The notes beneath the pieces are model-generated. The model was not told the DNA's origin, did not search any database, and saw nothing but the letters and a program-made list of their open reading frames with translations. A stretch of DNA of 64,000 nt. Source: Narcine bancroftii. Its lineage: Eukaryota. The DNA lies in contig NC_091473.1 in NCBI RefSeq assembly GCF_036971445.1, positions 183,892,001 through 183,956,000 of the forward strand. The letters are read 5' to 3'. How positions within the stretch are numbered: the first letter of the stretch is position 1; every line of letters starts with the position of its first letter. This document shows, piece after piece, positions 47,934-60,493 of the stretch. The position numbers and the translations under genes were made by a program.

Positions 47934-50900
47934 AGGCAGCCTCAGTCGAGTGAGGTAGGCGGAGGCCCCGGTCCGGGCAGGGAGTGGGAGGCGGCGGCCC
48001 CAGTCCGGGCACAGGGAGAGCAGCAGCGGCCCCGGCCCCGGTCCGGGCGAAGGGTAGGCGGCGGCGGCCCCGATCCGGGCAGGAGCAAGGGGGAGTCGGC
48101 GGCCCTGGCCTCGGTCGAGTGAGGCAGGCGGAGGCCCCGATCCGGGCAGGGAGTGGGAGGCGGCGGCCCCAGTCCGGGCACAGGGAGAGCAGCAGCGGCC
48201 CCGGCCCCGGTCCGGGCGAAGGGTAGGCGGCGGCGGCCCCGATCCGGGCAGGAGCAAGGGGGAGACGGCGGTCCCGGCCTCAGTCGAGTGAGGCAGGCGG
48301 AGGCCCCGATCCGGGCACAGGGAGAGCTGCGGCGGCCTCGGCCCCGGTCCGGGCAGTATGGACCGACCTAGGAGGGGAGGCAGACCCCTCCAGCCCGGGT
48401 AAGAAACCTGCATAGGACAAGGCCACTCCGATATAAAACCTACGACCCAAGGACCTCGCTGCCACGTCCCAGCTTGCTCGGCCACGGCACACGAACCATG
48501 GGTGTAAAGGGTGGGGCCAGTACTGCGCACACTGCACTCCACCTAAAAGCTCCTTTGCGCAGGCCCGAGGACAGGTCCACGTCCTCCCCCTCCACGTCCT
48601 CCCCCTCCACGTCCTCCCCCTCAAAAGATGCTCACAAACTCAAGCTAGCATGCTGGAACATCAGAACCATGCTAGACAAGGCTGACAGCCACCAACCTGA
48701 ACGTCGGTCTGCCCTCATCGCACATGAACTCCTCAGACTTGACATCGACATAGCCGCTCTCAGTGAAGTCCGCCTGGCAGATGTAGGCAGCCTCCAAGAA
48801 CGCGGCGCGGGCTACACACTCAACTGGTCTGGCAAGCCTTCGGATGAACGACACCTATCTGGTGTAGGCTTCATGGTCAAGAGCTTCATTGCCTCCAAAC
48901 TCGAAAACCTTCCGACAGGCCTCTCGGACCAAATCATGTCCATGCGACTCCCCCTTCAAAACAAGCGTCACATCACCCTCATCAGTGTCTATGCTCCAAC
49001 CCTCCAGGCGGAACCAGCAGAAAAGGACAAGTTCTACACCGACCTGCGCAACCTCATCCAACGCACCCCTACAGCCGACAAGGTTGTCAGCCTGGGCGAC
49101 TTCAACGCTCGTGTCGGCAAAGACTCAGAAACCTGGCCAGGAATCCTGGGCAAGCATGGCGTCGGCAAGTGCAACGACAATGGGCGCCTCCTGTTGGAGC
49201 TCTGCGCAGAACAGCGGCTTGTCATTACAAACACCCTTTTTCAGCAGAGGGACAGCCTTAAGACCACCTGGATGCATCCCCGATCCAAACACTGGCATCT
49301 CCTGGACTACATCCTGGTGCGAGAAAGTGACAAACGAGATGTGCTCCACACCAGGGTCATGCCTAGCGCGGAATGCCACACTGACCACCGGCTGGTTCGC
49401 TGCAAGCTCAACCTTCACTTCAAGCCAAAGCCCAGGAACAGTAAAGCCCCCAGAAAGAGGTTCAATGTTGGAAACCTGCAGTCAGACGAAGCGAGAGGAG
49501 ACTTCCAAGAAAACCTCAAAGCAAAGCTCGACGATGCAACCCGCCTCACGGACCCGTCCCCTGAAACCCTCTGGGATCAGTTGAAGACTACCATACTGCA
49601 ATCCACTGAAGAGGTACTGGGCTTCTCCTCCAGGAAAAACAAGGACTGGTTTGATGAAAACAGCCAGGAAATCCAGGAGCTGCTGGCAAAGAAGCGAGCT
49701 GCCCACCAGGCTCACCTTACAATGCCGTCCTGTCCAGAGAAGAAACAAGCCATCCATCGCGCATGCAGCCATCTTCAGCGCAAACTCCGGGAAATCCAAA
49801 ACGAGTGGTGGACTAGCCTCGCCAAACGAACCCAGCTCAGCGCGGACATTGGCGACTTCAGGGGTTTCTACGAGGCTCTAAAGGCTGTGTACGGCCCCTC
49901 ACCCCAAGTCCAAAGCCCGCTGCTCAGCTCAGATGGCAAAGTCCTCCTCAGCGACAAGATCTCCATCCTCAACCGATGGTCAGAACACTTCCAATCTCTT
50001 TTCAGTGCCAACCGCTCAGTCCAAGATTCCGTCCTGCTCCAGCTCCCTCAACAGCCCCTAAGGCTAGAGCTGGATGAGGTCCTCACCCTGGATGAGACAT
50101 ATAAGGCAATCGAACAACTGAAAAGTGGCAAAGCAGCTGGTATGGATGGAATCCCCCCAGAGGTCTGGAAGGCTGGCGGCAAAACTCTGCATGCCAAACT
50201 GCATGAGTTTTTCAAGCTTTGTTGGGACCAAGGAAAACTGCCTCAGGATCTTCGTGATGCCACCATCATCACCCTGTACAAAAACAAAGGCGAGAAATCA
50301 GACTGCTCAAACTACAGGGGAATCACGTTGCTCTCCATTGCAGGCAAAATCTTCGCTAGGATTCTACTAAATAGAATAATACCTAGTGTCGCCGAGAATA
50401 TTCTCCCAGAATCACAGTGCGGCTTTCGCGCAAACAGAGGAACTACTGACATGGTCTTTGCCCTCAGACAGCTCCAAGAAAAGTGCAGAGAACAAAACAA
50501 AGGACTCTACATCACCTTTGTTGACCTCACCAAAGCCTTCGACACCGTGAGCAGGAAAGGGCTTTGGCAAATACTAGAGCGCATCGGATACCCCCCAAAG
50601 TTCCTCAACATGATGATCCAACTGCACGAAAACCAACAAGGTCGGGTCAGATACAGCAATGAGCTCTCTGAACCCTTCTCCATTAACAATGGCGTGAAGC
50701 AAGACTGTGTTCTCGCACCAACCCTCTTTTCAATCTTCTTCAGCATGATGCTGAACCAAGCCATGAAAGACCCCAACAATGAAGACGCTGTTTACATCCG
50801 GTACCGCACGGATGGCAGTCTCTTCAATCTGAGGCGCCTGCAAGCTCACACCAAGACACAAGAGAAACTTGTCCGTGAACTACTCTTTGCAGACGATGCC

Positions 50901-51878
50901 GCTTTAGTTGCCCATTCAGAGACAGCTCTTCAGCGCTTGACATCCTGCTTTGCGGAAACTGCCAAAATGTTTGGCCTGGAAGTCAGCCTGAAGAAAACTG
51001 AGGTCCTCCATCAGCCAGCTCCCCACCATGACTACCAGCCCCCCCACATCTCCATCGGGCACACAAAACTCAAAACGGTCAACCAGCTTACCTATCTCGG
51101 CTGCACCATTTCATCAGATGCAAGGATCGACAATGAGATAGACAACAAACTCGCCAAGGCAAATAGTGCCTTTGGAAGACTACACAAAAGAGTCTGGAAA
51201 AACAACCAACTGAAAAACCTCACAAAGATAAGCGTATACAGAGCCGTTGTCATACCCACACTCCTGTTCGGCTCCGAATCATGGGTCCTCTACCGGCATC
51301 ACCTATGGCTCCTAGAACGCTTCCACCAGCGTTGTCTCCGCTCCATCCTCAACATCCATTGGAGCGCTTTCATCCCTAACGTCGAAGTACTCGAGATGGC
51401 AGAGGTCGACAGCATCGAGTCCACGCTGCTGAAGATCCAGCTGCCCTGGATGGGTCACGTCTCCAGAATGGAGGACCATCGCCTTCCCAAGATCGTGTTA
51501 TATGGCGAGCTCTCCACTGGCCACCGTGACAGAGGTGCACCAAAGAAAAGGTACAAGGACTGCCTAAAGAAATCTCTTGGTGCCTGCCACATTGACCACC
51601 GCCAGTGGGCTGATATCGCCTCAAACCGTGCATCTTGGCGCCTCACAGTTTGGCGGGCAGCAACCTCCTTTGAAGAAGACCACAGAGCCCACCTCACTGG
51701 CAAAAGGCAAAGGAGGAAAAACCCAACACCCAACCCCAACCAACCAATTTTCCCCTGCAGCCGCTGCAACCGTGTCTGCCTGTCCCGCATCGGACTTGTC
51801 AGCCACAAACGAGCCTGCAGCTGACGTGGACTTTTACCCCCTCCATAAATCTTTGTCCGCGAAGCCAAGCCAAAGAAG
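47934..51878 (+). mobile_element. Full-length RTE-clade LINE
   Basis: Flanking direct repeat acaagtgaggagatgttgagtg (47912-47933, 51879-51900); GC-rich 5' monomers; interrupts a Rex1 LINE. Confidence 0.95.
48474..51824 (+). CDS. RTE ORF: APE endonuclease + reverse transcriptase + C-terminal zinc finger
   Basis: 1116-aa open frame; WNIRT, GDFNA, TDH (APE); FVDLTKAFD, LFADD (RT); CxxC..H...C tail; first ATG ~48498. Confidence 0.95.
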   Translation: MLGHGTRTMGVKGGASTAHTALHLKAPLRRPEDRSTSSPSTSSPSTSSPSKDAHKLKLACWNIRTMLDKADSHQPERRSALIAHELLRLDIDIAALSEVRLADVGSLQERGAGYTLNWSGKPSDERHLSGVGFMVKSFIASKLENLPTGLSDQIMSMRLPLQNKRHITLISVYAPTLQAEPAEKDKFYTDLRNLIQRTPTADKVVSLGDFNARVGKDSETWPGILGKHGVGKCNDNGRLLLELCAEQRLVITNTLFQQRDSLKTTWMHPRSKHWHLLDYILVRESDKRDVLHTRVMPSAECHTDHRLVRCKLNLHFKPKPRNSKAPRKRFNVGNLQSDEARGDFQENLKAKLDDATRLTDPSPETLWDQLKTTILQSTEEVLGFSSRKNKDWFDENSQEIQELLAKKRAAHQAHLTMPSCPEKKQAIHRACSHLQRKLREIQNEWWTSLAKRTQLSADIGDFRGFYEALKAVYGPSPQVQSPLLSSDGKVLLSDKISILNRWSEHFQSLFSANRSVQDSVLLQLPQQPLRLELDEVLTLDETYKAIEQLKSGKAAGMDGIPPEVWKAGGKTLHAKLHEFFKLCWDQGKLPQDLRDATIITLYKNKGEKSDCSNYRGITLLSIAGKIFARILLNRIIPSVAENILPESQCGFRANRGTTDMVFALRQLQEKCREQNKGLYITFVDLTKAFDTVSRKGLWQILERIGYPPKFLNMMIQLHENQQGRVRYSNELSEPFSINNGVKQDCVLAPTLFSIFFSMMLNQAMKDPNNEDAVYIRYRTDGSLFNLRRLQAHTKTQEKLVRELLFADDAALVAHSETALQRLTSCFAETAKMFGLEVSLKKTEVLHQPAPHHDYQPPHISIGHTKLKTVNQLTYLGCTISSDARIDNEIDNKLAKANSAFGRLHKRVWKNNQLKNLTKISVYRAVVIPTLLFGSESWVLYRHHLWLLERFHQRCLRSILNIHWSAFIPNVEVLEMAEVDSIESTLLKIQLPWMGHVSRMEDHRLPKIVLYGELSTGHRDRGAPKKRYKDCLKKSLGACHIDHRQWADIASNRASWRLTVWRAATSFEEDHRAHLTGKRQRRKNPTPNPNQPIFPCSRCNRVCLSRIGLVSHKRACS

Positions 51879-52091
51879 ACAAGTGAGGAGATGTTGAGTG
51901 TCCACGATAGGTCACTAGTTAAGTGAACCTCAAGGTACTTGGTGCTCTCTACAACAGAGTTGTCGAGGGTGGTCATTCCTGGTCCTCTTGAAGTCCACGA
52001 TCATCTCCTTTATCTTATCCATATTGACTCAGGTTGTATTCTCGCACCGCACCATATCATGAGATTTTTCACCTCTTCTCTGCAGTCCAAC

Positions 52092-53112
52092 TGATATGAG
52101 CCCAAAGGACCCCAAAACCCAGCAGCAATAGACATTCACCAAGATAAGTTGTTTTTAATTATCTTTAAACATGAAAATAGAATCAAACTTTAACTTATCT
52201 CTATACTTAACTAACTCAAATTGACCCCCTTCTAATTCTAAGCACACGTGTATGTAATGTGTGTGTAAATTTAATAAAAGTTCTTTGGTTCACAGTTCAA
52301 TCTCATTTCTCCTTCTTTCAAGTTCTCTGGTTGCAGGCAATTCTTATGCTGTGCACAGAACTGAACATGTATAAAGTTCACCAGGCTTTGGTACTTGAAA
52401 GGTAAATGTTTACTGCTCAGGGTTTGCAGAGAGAGATGTGTTGTTCCAGGATTTCCACAACTGAGGTACCACCATTAATCACCTCAGGATCTTGCTGATG
52501 AAACTTGCCCGATCAGGGTTCTCCAGATGGTAACTTCTTTCTTTCAGGCCATCACAGGATGACAGATGAACAGAATCTGTTCCACTTATTCCAAGAGAAA
52601 CATCAGACTGGTAGCACTTCTAGCCATCTGCCTCTCTGGAGCTTTTCTGTTTCCCACCAGCTTCTCCTGGCTTGCACTGTTCAGCTGCTTTCAGTGTCAC
52701 ACACTGAGAGAGCTTGTGGAAGTCATCTTCTCTCTCTCTCTCTCTCTTTCTCCCTCTCCAACTGCCAACTGCCAGAAAGCCATGTGAATCTCTCACTTCC
52801 AAAAACCCCCACCTTCTTCAGCAAACCACAGGAGTTCTCCTCTCTTGGTCAAGTTGTTGTCTTAGATAAACAAAATCCAGGAGTGACCTTTCTGTAGGTA
52901 CTTTTAAACAGCCAGTTTGTCTCCTCCAAACAATGGTCTATTCATTTCAATGACATCATTTCAATGATCACCTACTTGTGAAATGTGCATAAAATTCTCC
53001 ATAGTTTTTGCAATGTTACTGAATATGAATTCTTCAGTATTTCAAATAAGACCTGTTTTAAAATGTATGCCCACTAATCTTACCAAATTCCTCCCAATAT
53101 TTATCCATTACA
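52092..53112 (-). mobile_element. Solo LTR family A, copy 4
   Basis: Reverse-oriented homologue; perfect TSD CAAC. Confidence 0.85.
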
Positions 53113-54599
53113 CAACTTATTGTTTTTGATATTGAGGCCAACTACTGATGTGTCTTCTGTTAAAGAAAATAAATATAAAGCTTGCACAGATTCTGGTTCA
53201 ATGTTTTAAACTAACCATTCCTTTACCAGTTTAACATGATTTTATTTTTATATTAGACCACTCCAACAGTGACATTTTTTGGCCAAATACAAGAGTTTGG
53301 AGAAACTCAGCAGGCCACAGGAAATAAAGTGTAACTAACATTTCATGCTTGGGCTCTTTGTCAGGTTTCAGGTAAAACAGCCACGCACCTAAATAAAAAG
53401 GTTGGGGGAGGGAGAGGGGAGGAGAAGAGGAGGGAGGAAGAGGCAAGGGGGCAAGCATAGGCTGACAGGCATACAGATGTGAGAGTAGAGAAGGAAACTG
53501 AGAAGTGATGTGCTTGGCAGCGTACCATGAGGAGCTGCAGACACCAGGGAAGCATCAGACTGGCCAGTGCTTGGAATAGAAATTGGAGAACATGACCACC
53601 ACCCCATTGAGAAGGATAACCATGGGAGATGACCCTACAGAGAAGGGGACCACAGCAGGGGACCAGGAAAGGGCATAGAGACTGAAGGACCCACACAAGC
53701 CGCAGGCTGCTGGTGACTTGCGGTTGAAGGAACCACACAGGCTGCAGACTGCTGGAGACTGGCTCATGGCTCAGAACTGGGATTGGAGAGGATGCTGAGT
53801 GCAGGAAGAGCTCAAGCGCTGAAGGCTTTCTGATCATATCAGAAGTTTGGATCTGGAGCTCAGGTTGCCAACGGTTTGAACGTGTGGCTGCAGGAGTGCT
53901 GGAAGCAAATCCACCAGCACTCAGTGGCTCTGAAGGGATCCTCCTTTGCTTCGCTTTCTCTAATAATTTCAGGTGCCCGTCAATGGTTAGGGCAATCCAT
54001 TGTTTGCCTTAGAGCAGATGAAAGTTGAGGTATATCATTTTTATGTATTACACGTGACAGTAAAAAATCTTAAAGCTTGTTGGGGTGCTCTATCAGCTTT
54101 TTCTTTCAGCGTTGAAAATGACCAGCTGTGAAGAACCTATTGGTAACATGGTGCTCTCACCGTTTTCTCTGTTTCATTTGGTTCAAGTCAGATTTTGTTG
54201 ACATTGACAAAATCTCAGTAATTTTGTGGCTGCTGTCTGGGAGAAACATATCACACAATCTCGTCTCAGTTTGTGAACATTTCTGGAAGGCGGCAAGTGA
54301 GAGGAAAAGGAGAGTGTCGCACAGCATAGAGCAAACGTCTTCAACCTCTGCCTGTTTACACCGATAGCCAACTGAGAAGGGAATTGTGATGGAGATTCAA
54401 GCTTGCAGAAAATCAATAGGTCTTGAATTTTCTCTTTATGGATCAGGAAGTTAATAAGCAAGAATGAAAAGAAAAAAAAAAATCACCCATTGAAAATCTG
54501 AAATATGAACATAAAATGTAGGAGATACTCGGTAGATTAAGCAGCAGTTGTGGAGAAAGAAAGACAGTTCATGACCCTTCCTCAGCAGATGGTGCCTAC

Positions 54600-54866
54600 T
54601 GGGCATTTTCTGTCCACTGCTGCTTTGTCATTGGAAACCTCACCTTCATAGGATCCAAAATGAACGCCTCTGGGAATAAGCTTCCCTTCATTCCAGATGC
54701 CAAGACCAGCTTTCTGAATTTTTGACACGGCGATGCTGAGACCCTCTAGAAGAGTTAAACTTGCTCTGTCTGGATGATCGAATTCCACATCGGTGTCCTT
54801 CATGAAGACGGGAGGGCCATGCACAGGGCATTCTTCAATAAAAAAATGTCTCACAATTTTCACAAA
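54600..54866 (-). pseudogene. PRDM9: PRDM9-like zinc-knuckle / PR-SET N-terminal exon (frameshifted)
   Basis: CENCETFF/IEECPVHGPPVFMKD...AGLGIWNE...GVHFGSYEG; 7-base homopolymer at 54840-54846 shifts the frame. Confidence 0.9.
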
Positions 54867-54900
54867 CTGAAACATAAAATAGGAAGAACTAATCAGAATC

Positions 54901-55194
54901 TGTGGTGCGCTATGGAACTGAAGCAAACACACAAAACATAAAGGTTGTACAACAGGCTTTATTCGATATAAACTTCTACGGAGCCAGCTGTGAGAAGTGC
55001 TGCTATGAGCTCTGAGAGTGTTTTTGAAGGGCCGGCTCTGGCTTATATCCTGGAGGGTGATTGACACCCAACTGGGAGGGGCTTGGTCCATTAAGGTCGG
55101 CTGATTGAGAGCTGGCCAGGTGTTGTCTTGTCCCCGTGCTCTTCTGCAGGTACAGAGGTTGTCTCCTGCAGTAGGCCAGTGGTGTACCACCACA
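54901..55194 (-). mobile_element. Short solo LTR family C, copy 2
   Basis: Reverse complement of 35328-35619. Confidence 0.7.
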
Positions 55195-55979
55195 GACCCA
55201 AATTAGGATGGCTCCTTTAGCGTAGCGGTTAGGGCAATGCTATTTCTGCACCAGTGACCCAGTTTGGAATTGAGTTTAGAGGTTCTCCACATGTCTGCGT
55301 AAGATTCCTCTGGATACTCCGGTTTTCACCCACATTTCAAAACGTACGGGTATTTTAGGTTAATTGGGTGAACTGGGCTGCATGAGCCAGAAATGCTGGT
55401 CTTGCTATATGTCTAATTAAAAAAAAAAATCAGTTGGTGTTACTGAAGGAGATGGGAGCTTATTTGATCCTATAACATGCAATTCAAAATATAATAATGC
55501 CACAATTCGACTGCTCTGCAGAACTGAAGATGTGTACCTTTTCAAAAATTGTAAGCTGTATGGGAAGGCAGTCCTACCATGAAAGATCAATAACGGCAGA
55601 CGTGTGAATTAACTGCAGTAGGTTATCAGTCAGTCACCATGAATATCTTGGGATAAGATGGGATGTTTTATGCAAAAGGGCGGGCAAATTTAGCTCAAAG
55701 GACATCGATCAACTTAAAGAGAAGAATTGCAACGATAAATTCGGTGCATTAATTGTGCAAACAGGATGAAATGCAGCAAATGGTTCACAGAGCAAGTGCT
55801 GTAGTGAGCTGAGGAGACTCAAAGGAAAGTGCTTTAAAGGATAGAAGTCAAAGCAAGCTATATGAACCAAATAAGTACTTGTAACAAGGCAAGTGAATTC
55901 AGACCATTCAAAGAGATCAGAGATTGAAGAAAGGGTCCACTGCAGAAAAGTAGTTGCAGGGTTTGTAACAAAGTGATTG

Positions 55980-56265
55980 TCCCCAGTGGGCTGATAACGC
56001 CTCAAACCGTGCATCTTGGCGCCTCACAGTTTGGCGGGCAGCAGCCTCCTTGGAAGAAGACCGCAGAGCCCACCTCACTGACAAAAGGCAAAGGAGGAAA
56101 AACCCAACACCCAACCCCAACCAACCAATTTTCCCTTGCAACCGCTGCAATCGTGTCTGCCTGTCCCGCATCGGACTGGTCAGCCACAAACGAGCCTGCA
56201 GCTGACGTGGACTTTTTACCCCCTCCATAAATCTTCGTCCGCGAAGCCAAGCCAAAGAAAGAAAA
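55980..56265 (+). mobile_element. RTE LINE 3' fragment
   Basis: Near-identical to 51600-51878. Confidence 0.9.
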
Positions 56266-56625
56266 CAAAGTGATACATTACCAAATGCACAATTTGCTCA
56301 AACAAAATAACTATTAGACAGAGGACCAATTTTGGCTTCAGAAATCATGAGATGAACGAAAGAGATCGAGAGAAGTGACACCAAGACAGAAGAAAACATG
56401 GCGCTATACAAAAGGGCAACTTTGATCTGAATTTGTGGACAAACAGAAACAACATTCTTTCTTCTTTTCACAATGTCTGAATTTATGCAGTGAATTGCAC
56501 TGCTCTTCTCTAAAAATAGGCACAAAAAGTTTACCATTCAATGTCAGATTCCCAGGTATTTTAAAAATTCAAGAAGGACCATCCAATTCTGAGGGAATAT
56601 ACATGTGATTTCTTGTATATTTCTT

Positions 56626-59198
56626 TTTTTTAAAAATTTTTTATTTTTCACACCATAAACCACATTAACCATGATACACACTTTTTCCTTTTCAAATATA
56701 TACAGTGCCATTTTCTCCCCTCCCTCCTCCCATCCCACCCTCCCTACCTCCCCCCTCCCGTCCATTTAAAGTACAAAATCTAGGATACATTAAACCAGTC
56801 AAACAATGTTGTCATTCAATAAAAATAAACAAGAAATTCCACTGAGTCAATTCTTTTCATTTCCTTCTCCTTTCGTTAATTTAGGTAGTGAATGTCCACA
56901 GTAGGATTTCTCTATTGTGTTTCATGTAAGGCTCCCATATTTGTTCAAATATTTCAATATTATTTCTTAAACTATATGTTATTTTTTCTAATGGAATACA
57001 TTTATTCATTTCTATATACCATTGTTGTATTTTCAAATTATCTTCCAATTTCCAGGTTGACATAATACATTTTTTTGCTACGGCTAGAGCTATCTTAACA
57101 AATCTTTTTTGTGCACCATCCAAATCAATTCCAAATTCTTTGTTTTTTATGTTACTTAGGAGGAAGATCTCTGCATTCTTTGGTATATAGTTTTCTGTAA
57201 TTTTATTTAATATGTGGTTTAGATCTTCCCAAAATTTTTCTACTTTCTCACACGTCCAGATTGCATGAATTGTTGTTCCCATTTCTTTTTTACATCGAAA
57301 ACATCTATCAGATACTGTTGGGTCCCATCTATTTAACTTTTGAGGTGTAATGTATAGCCTGTGTATCCAGTTATATTGTATCATACGTAACCTCGTATTT
57401 ATTGTATTTCTCATCGTTCCAGAACATAACTTCTCCCATGTTTCCTTTTTTATCTTTATATTTAAATCTTGTTCTCATTTTTGTTTAGTTTTACCATTTG
57501 TTTCCTCATTCTCCTTTTCTTGCAGTTTAATATACATATTTGTTATAAATCTTTTGATTATCATTGTATCTGTAATCACATATTCAAAGTTACTTCCGTC
57601 TGGTAAACTCAGACTGCTTCCTAATTTTTCCTTCAAGTAGGATCTCAATTGGTAATATGCCAACACTGTATCTTGAGTTATATTGTATTTATCTTTCATT
57701 TGTTCAAAGGATAAGAATCTATTTCCTGAAAAACAATTTTCTATTCTTTTGATCCCTTTTTTCTCCCATCTCTAAAGGAAAGGTTATCTATTGTAAAAGG
57801 GAGTAACTTATTTTGCGTCAAGATTAGTTTTGGTAATTGATAATTTGTTTTATTCCTTTCTACATGAATCTTCTTCCAAATATTGAGTAGATGATGTAAT
57901 ACTGGAGAACTTCTATGTTGTACCAATTTTTCATCCCATTTATATAATATGTGTTCAGGAATCTTTTCCCCTATTTTATCTAATTCTAATCTAGTCCAAT
58001 CTGGCTTTTCCCTTGTTTGGTAAAAATCTGATAGGTATCTTAATTGTGCGGCTCTATAATAATTTTTAAAGTTTGGCAGTTGTAAGCCTCCTTGTTTATA
58101 CCATTCTGTTAATTTATCTAGTGCTATCCTCGGTTTCCCCCCTTTCCATAAAAATTTCCTTATTATTTTCTTTAACTCCTTGAAGAATTTCTCTGTCAAG
58201 TGTATTGGCAATGCCTGAAATAGGTATAATATCCTTGGAAAAATGTTAATTTTAATACAGTTTATCCTTCCTATTAGTGTTAATGGTAAATCTTTCCAAT
58301 GCTCTAAATCGTCCTGTAATTTTTTCATTAGTGGATAATAATTGAGTGTATATAGTTGGCCGAGATTTTTATTTAATTGTATACCTAGGTATCTTATTGC
58401 TTGCATTTGCCATCTGAATGGTGATTCCTTCTTAAATTTTGAGAAATCCGCATTATTCATTGGCATTGCTTCACTTTTATTTACGTTAATCTTGTAATCC
58501 GACACTTCTCCATATTCTTTCAATTTCTTATATAATTCTTTTATTGATAGTTCTGGTTCTGTTAAGTATACTATAACATCATCCGCAAATAAACTGATTT
58601 TATATTCCTTGTCTTTTATTTTTATCCCTTTTATATTATTTTCTGTTCTTATCAATTCTGCTAGTGGTTCTATAGCTAACGCAAACAATAAAGGTGATAG
58701 TGGGCATCCCTGCCGTGTTGACCTGCTTAAGTTAAACTGCTTTGATATATATCCATTTACTGTCACTTTCGCCAATGGTCCCTTATATAATGCTTTAATC
58801 CAATTAATATACTTCTCCGGTAAACTGAATTTTTGCAATACTTTGAATAAATAATTCCATTCTACTCTGTCATAGGCCTTCTCTGCGTCTAAAGCAACTG
58901 CTACTGTTGGCGCTTTACTCCCTTCTACTGCATGAATTAAGTTAATAAATTTACAAATATTGTCTGTTGTGCGTCTTTTTTTAATAAATCCAGTTTGGTC
59001 TAGATTTACCATTTTCGGTACATACTCTGCTAATCTGTTTGCTAATAGTTTAGCTATTATCTTATAATCTGTGTTAAGTAATGATATTGGTCTATATGAT
59101 GCTGGTGCGAGTGGATCTTTCCCTTGCTTTAGTATTACTGTAATTATTGCTGTTTTACATGAATCTGGTAAGCTTTGTGTTTTATCAATCTGGTTGAT
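56626..59198 (-). mobile_element. 5'-truncated L1 LINE (ORF2 RT and C-terminal region)
   Basis: YRPISLLN, DAEKAYD, RQGCPLSP, LFADD; A-rich tail; 10-bp TSD TATATTTCTT; frameshift near 57770 and stop at 57475. Confidence 0.92.
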
Positions 59199-59346
59199 TA
59201 TATTTCTTAACATTTTTTTAAAAAATCATAGCCTGTGAGCAACTATAGGATTGCGATCTCAGTGGTCCTGCTACTGAGCCGTCACCACGATACTCTCAAA
59301 AAATTACGGCGGATCTGATGGGAATAGATGGGTGCTTTGGACATAC

Positions 59347-59484
59347 AAAAATAATCGTCGTCACGAAGCTCTTGTTCTTCCGTAAAAATTTTCCTCTCTT
59401 TATCTCTGAGATTATATCTTCTCTTCTCATTCTCTCGGATTGATTGGTCACTTGTTGATCCCAACATCTTTCTGCTGGAGACAG
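59347..59484 (-). pseudogene. PRDM9: PRDM9-like SSXRD exon
   Basis: RRYNLRDKERKIFTEEQELRDDDYF vs human [26 protein letters not shown]; donor gtatgt, phase 1. Confidence 0.85.
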
Positions 59485-60303
59485 CTGGATTCAATAAAAA
59501 CGATCAATAAAATTTCTATAAAGTTAACCCAAATAAATGATGTTGTAGTCAGTTTATTATCATTGCATCACCATCTAGAACATTACAGACAGTTGAAGAG
59601 AATGTAGGTACCTTTTTAGCAACTATTTTAAGCTTGATTTGCAATTTCCTGTTGCTCATTTAATGAAAACCAAGTCTTCTTTTGGTGAATTCAGCTTCTC
59701 AGTGAATCCTCCCTTTTGTCCTCTTCTGAATGGGATGTGACCTGCGATGAGACATTTTGGTGCAAAATGTGATGCTCAAGGAGTACTTCATAAGGATACG
59801 ACATTTTGCTTCTCGTTCCTTTCTGCTTGTGCTTTCCGAAGTACCCACCCAAGTAACTAAGTAACTGCCTCTCAGCAAGTTCAAAACTTTCATCGGTGAG
59901 GCCAGATTTGGTTTTGTTCACCTGACTAGAGGGGAGATATCAATAAAATCGAAAGAATGCAGAGAAGGTTCAAGAAAGAGTTAGATCGAGCTCTTAAAGG
60001 TAGCAGAGTCAAGGGATATGGGAAGAAGGCAGGAATGGGGTACTGACTATGAATCATCACAGTGAATGACAATGCTGGCTCGAAGGGGTGAAGGGCCTAC
60101 TCTTACACCTATTGTCCCTACATGGACCATGACAGCTAGCTGCTCATCCTCCCACCTGAGAATGCTGTGAAGTCGATCTGATATATCTTGGACCCTGGCA
60201 CAAGGGAGGCAACATTCCATCTGGGATTCTCAATGCCTTCCACAGAACCTATCTGTTTCCTTAACTATGGAGTCCCCTATCACTAAAGCTCACCTCTTCT
60301 CCC

Positions 60304-60493
60304 TGTACTGACAATAACCACACCAGCAGTTCGAGTATAAGAGAGCTACAATTTAATAAACTAATATGTACACTAAGAGGACATCTCTCTGCAAGACAAA
60401 CCTGAAGGCTAGACTGTAGCTCTGGACTGCTTTATATACAAGGTCACCGGGATGACCCCTGGTGACCTAGTGGTGTAATTACATATCACCACA
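60304..60493. mobile_element. 190-bp solo LTR-like insertion
   Basis: TGT...ACA termini, perfect 5-bp TSD CTCCC. Confidence 0.7.

Noticed and set aside
59691-59926. Possible PRDM9 KRAB exon
   Set aside because: Complex sequence with an acceptor-like site, but no KRAB motif (F..EEW, Y.NV..NY) recognised in any frame; KRAB status cannot be determined from this window.
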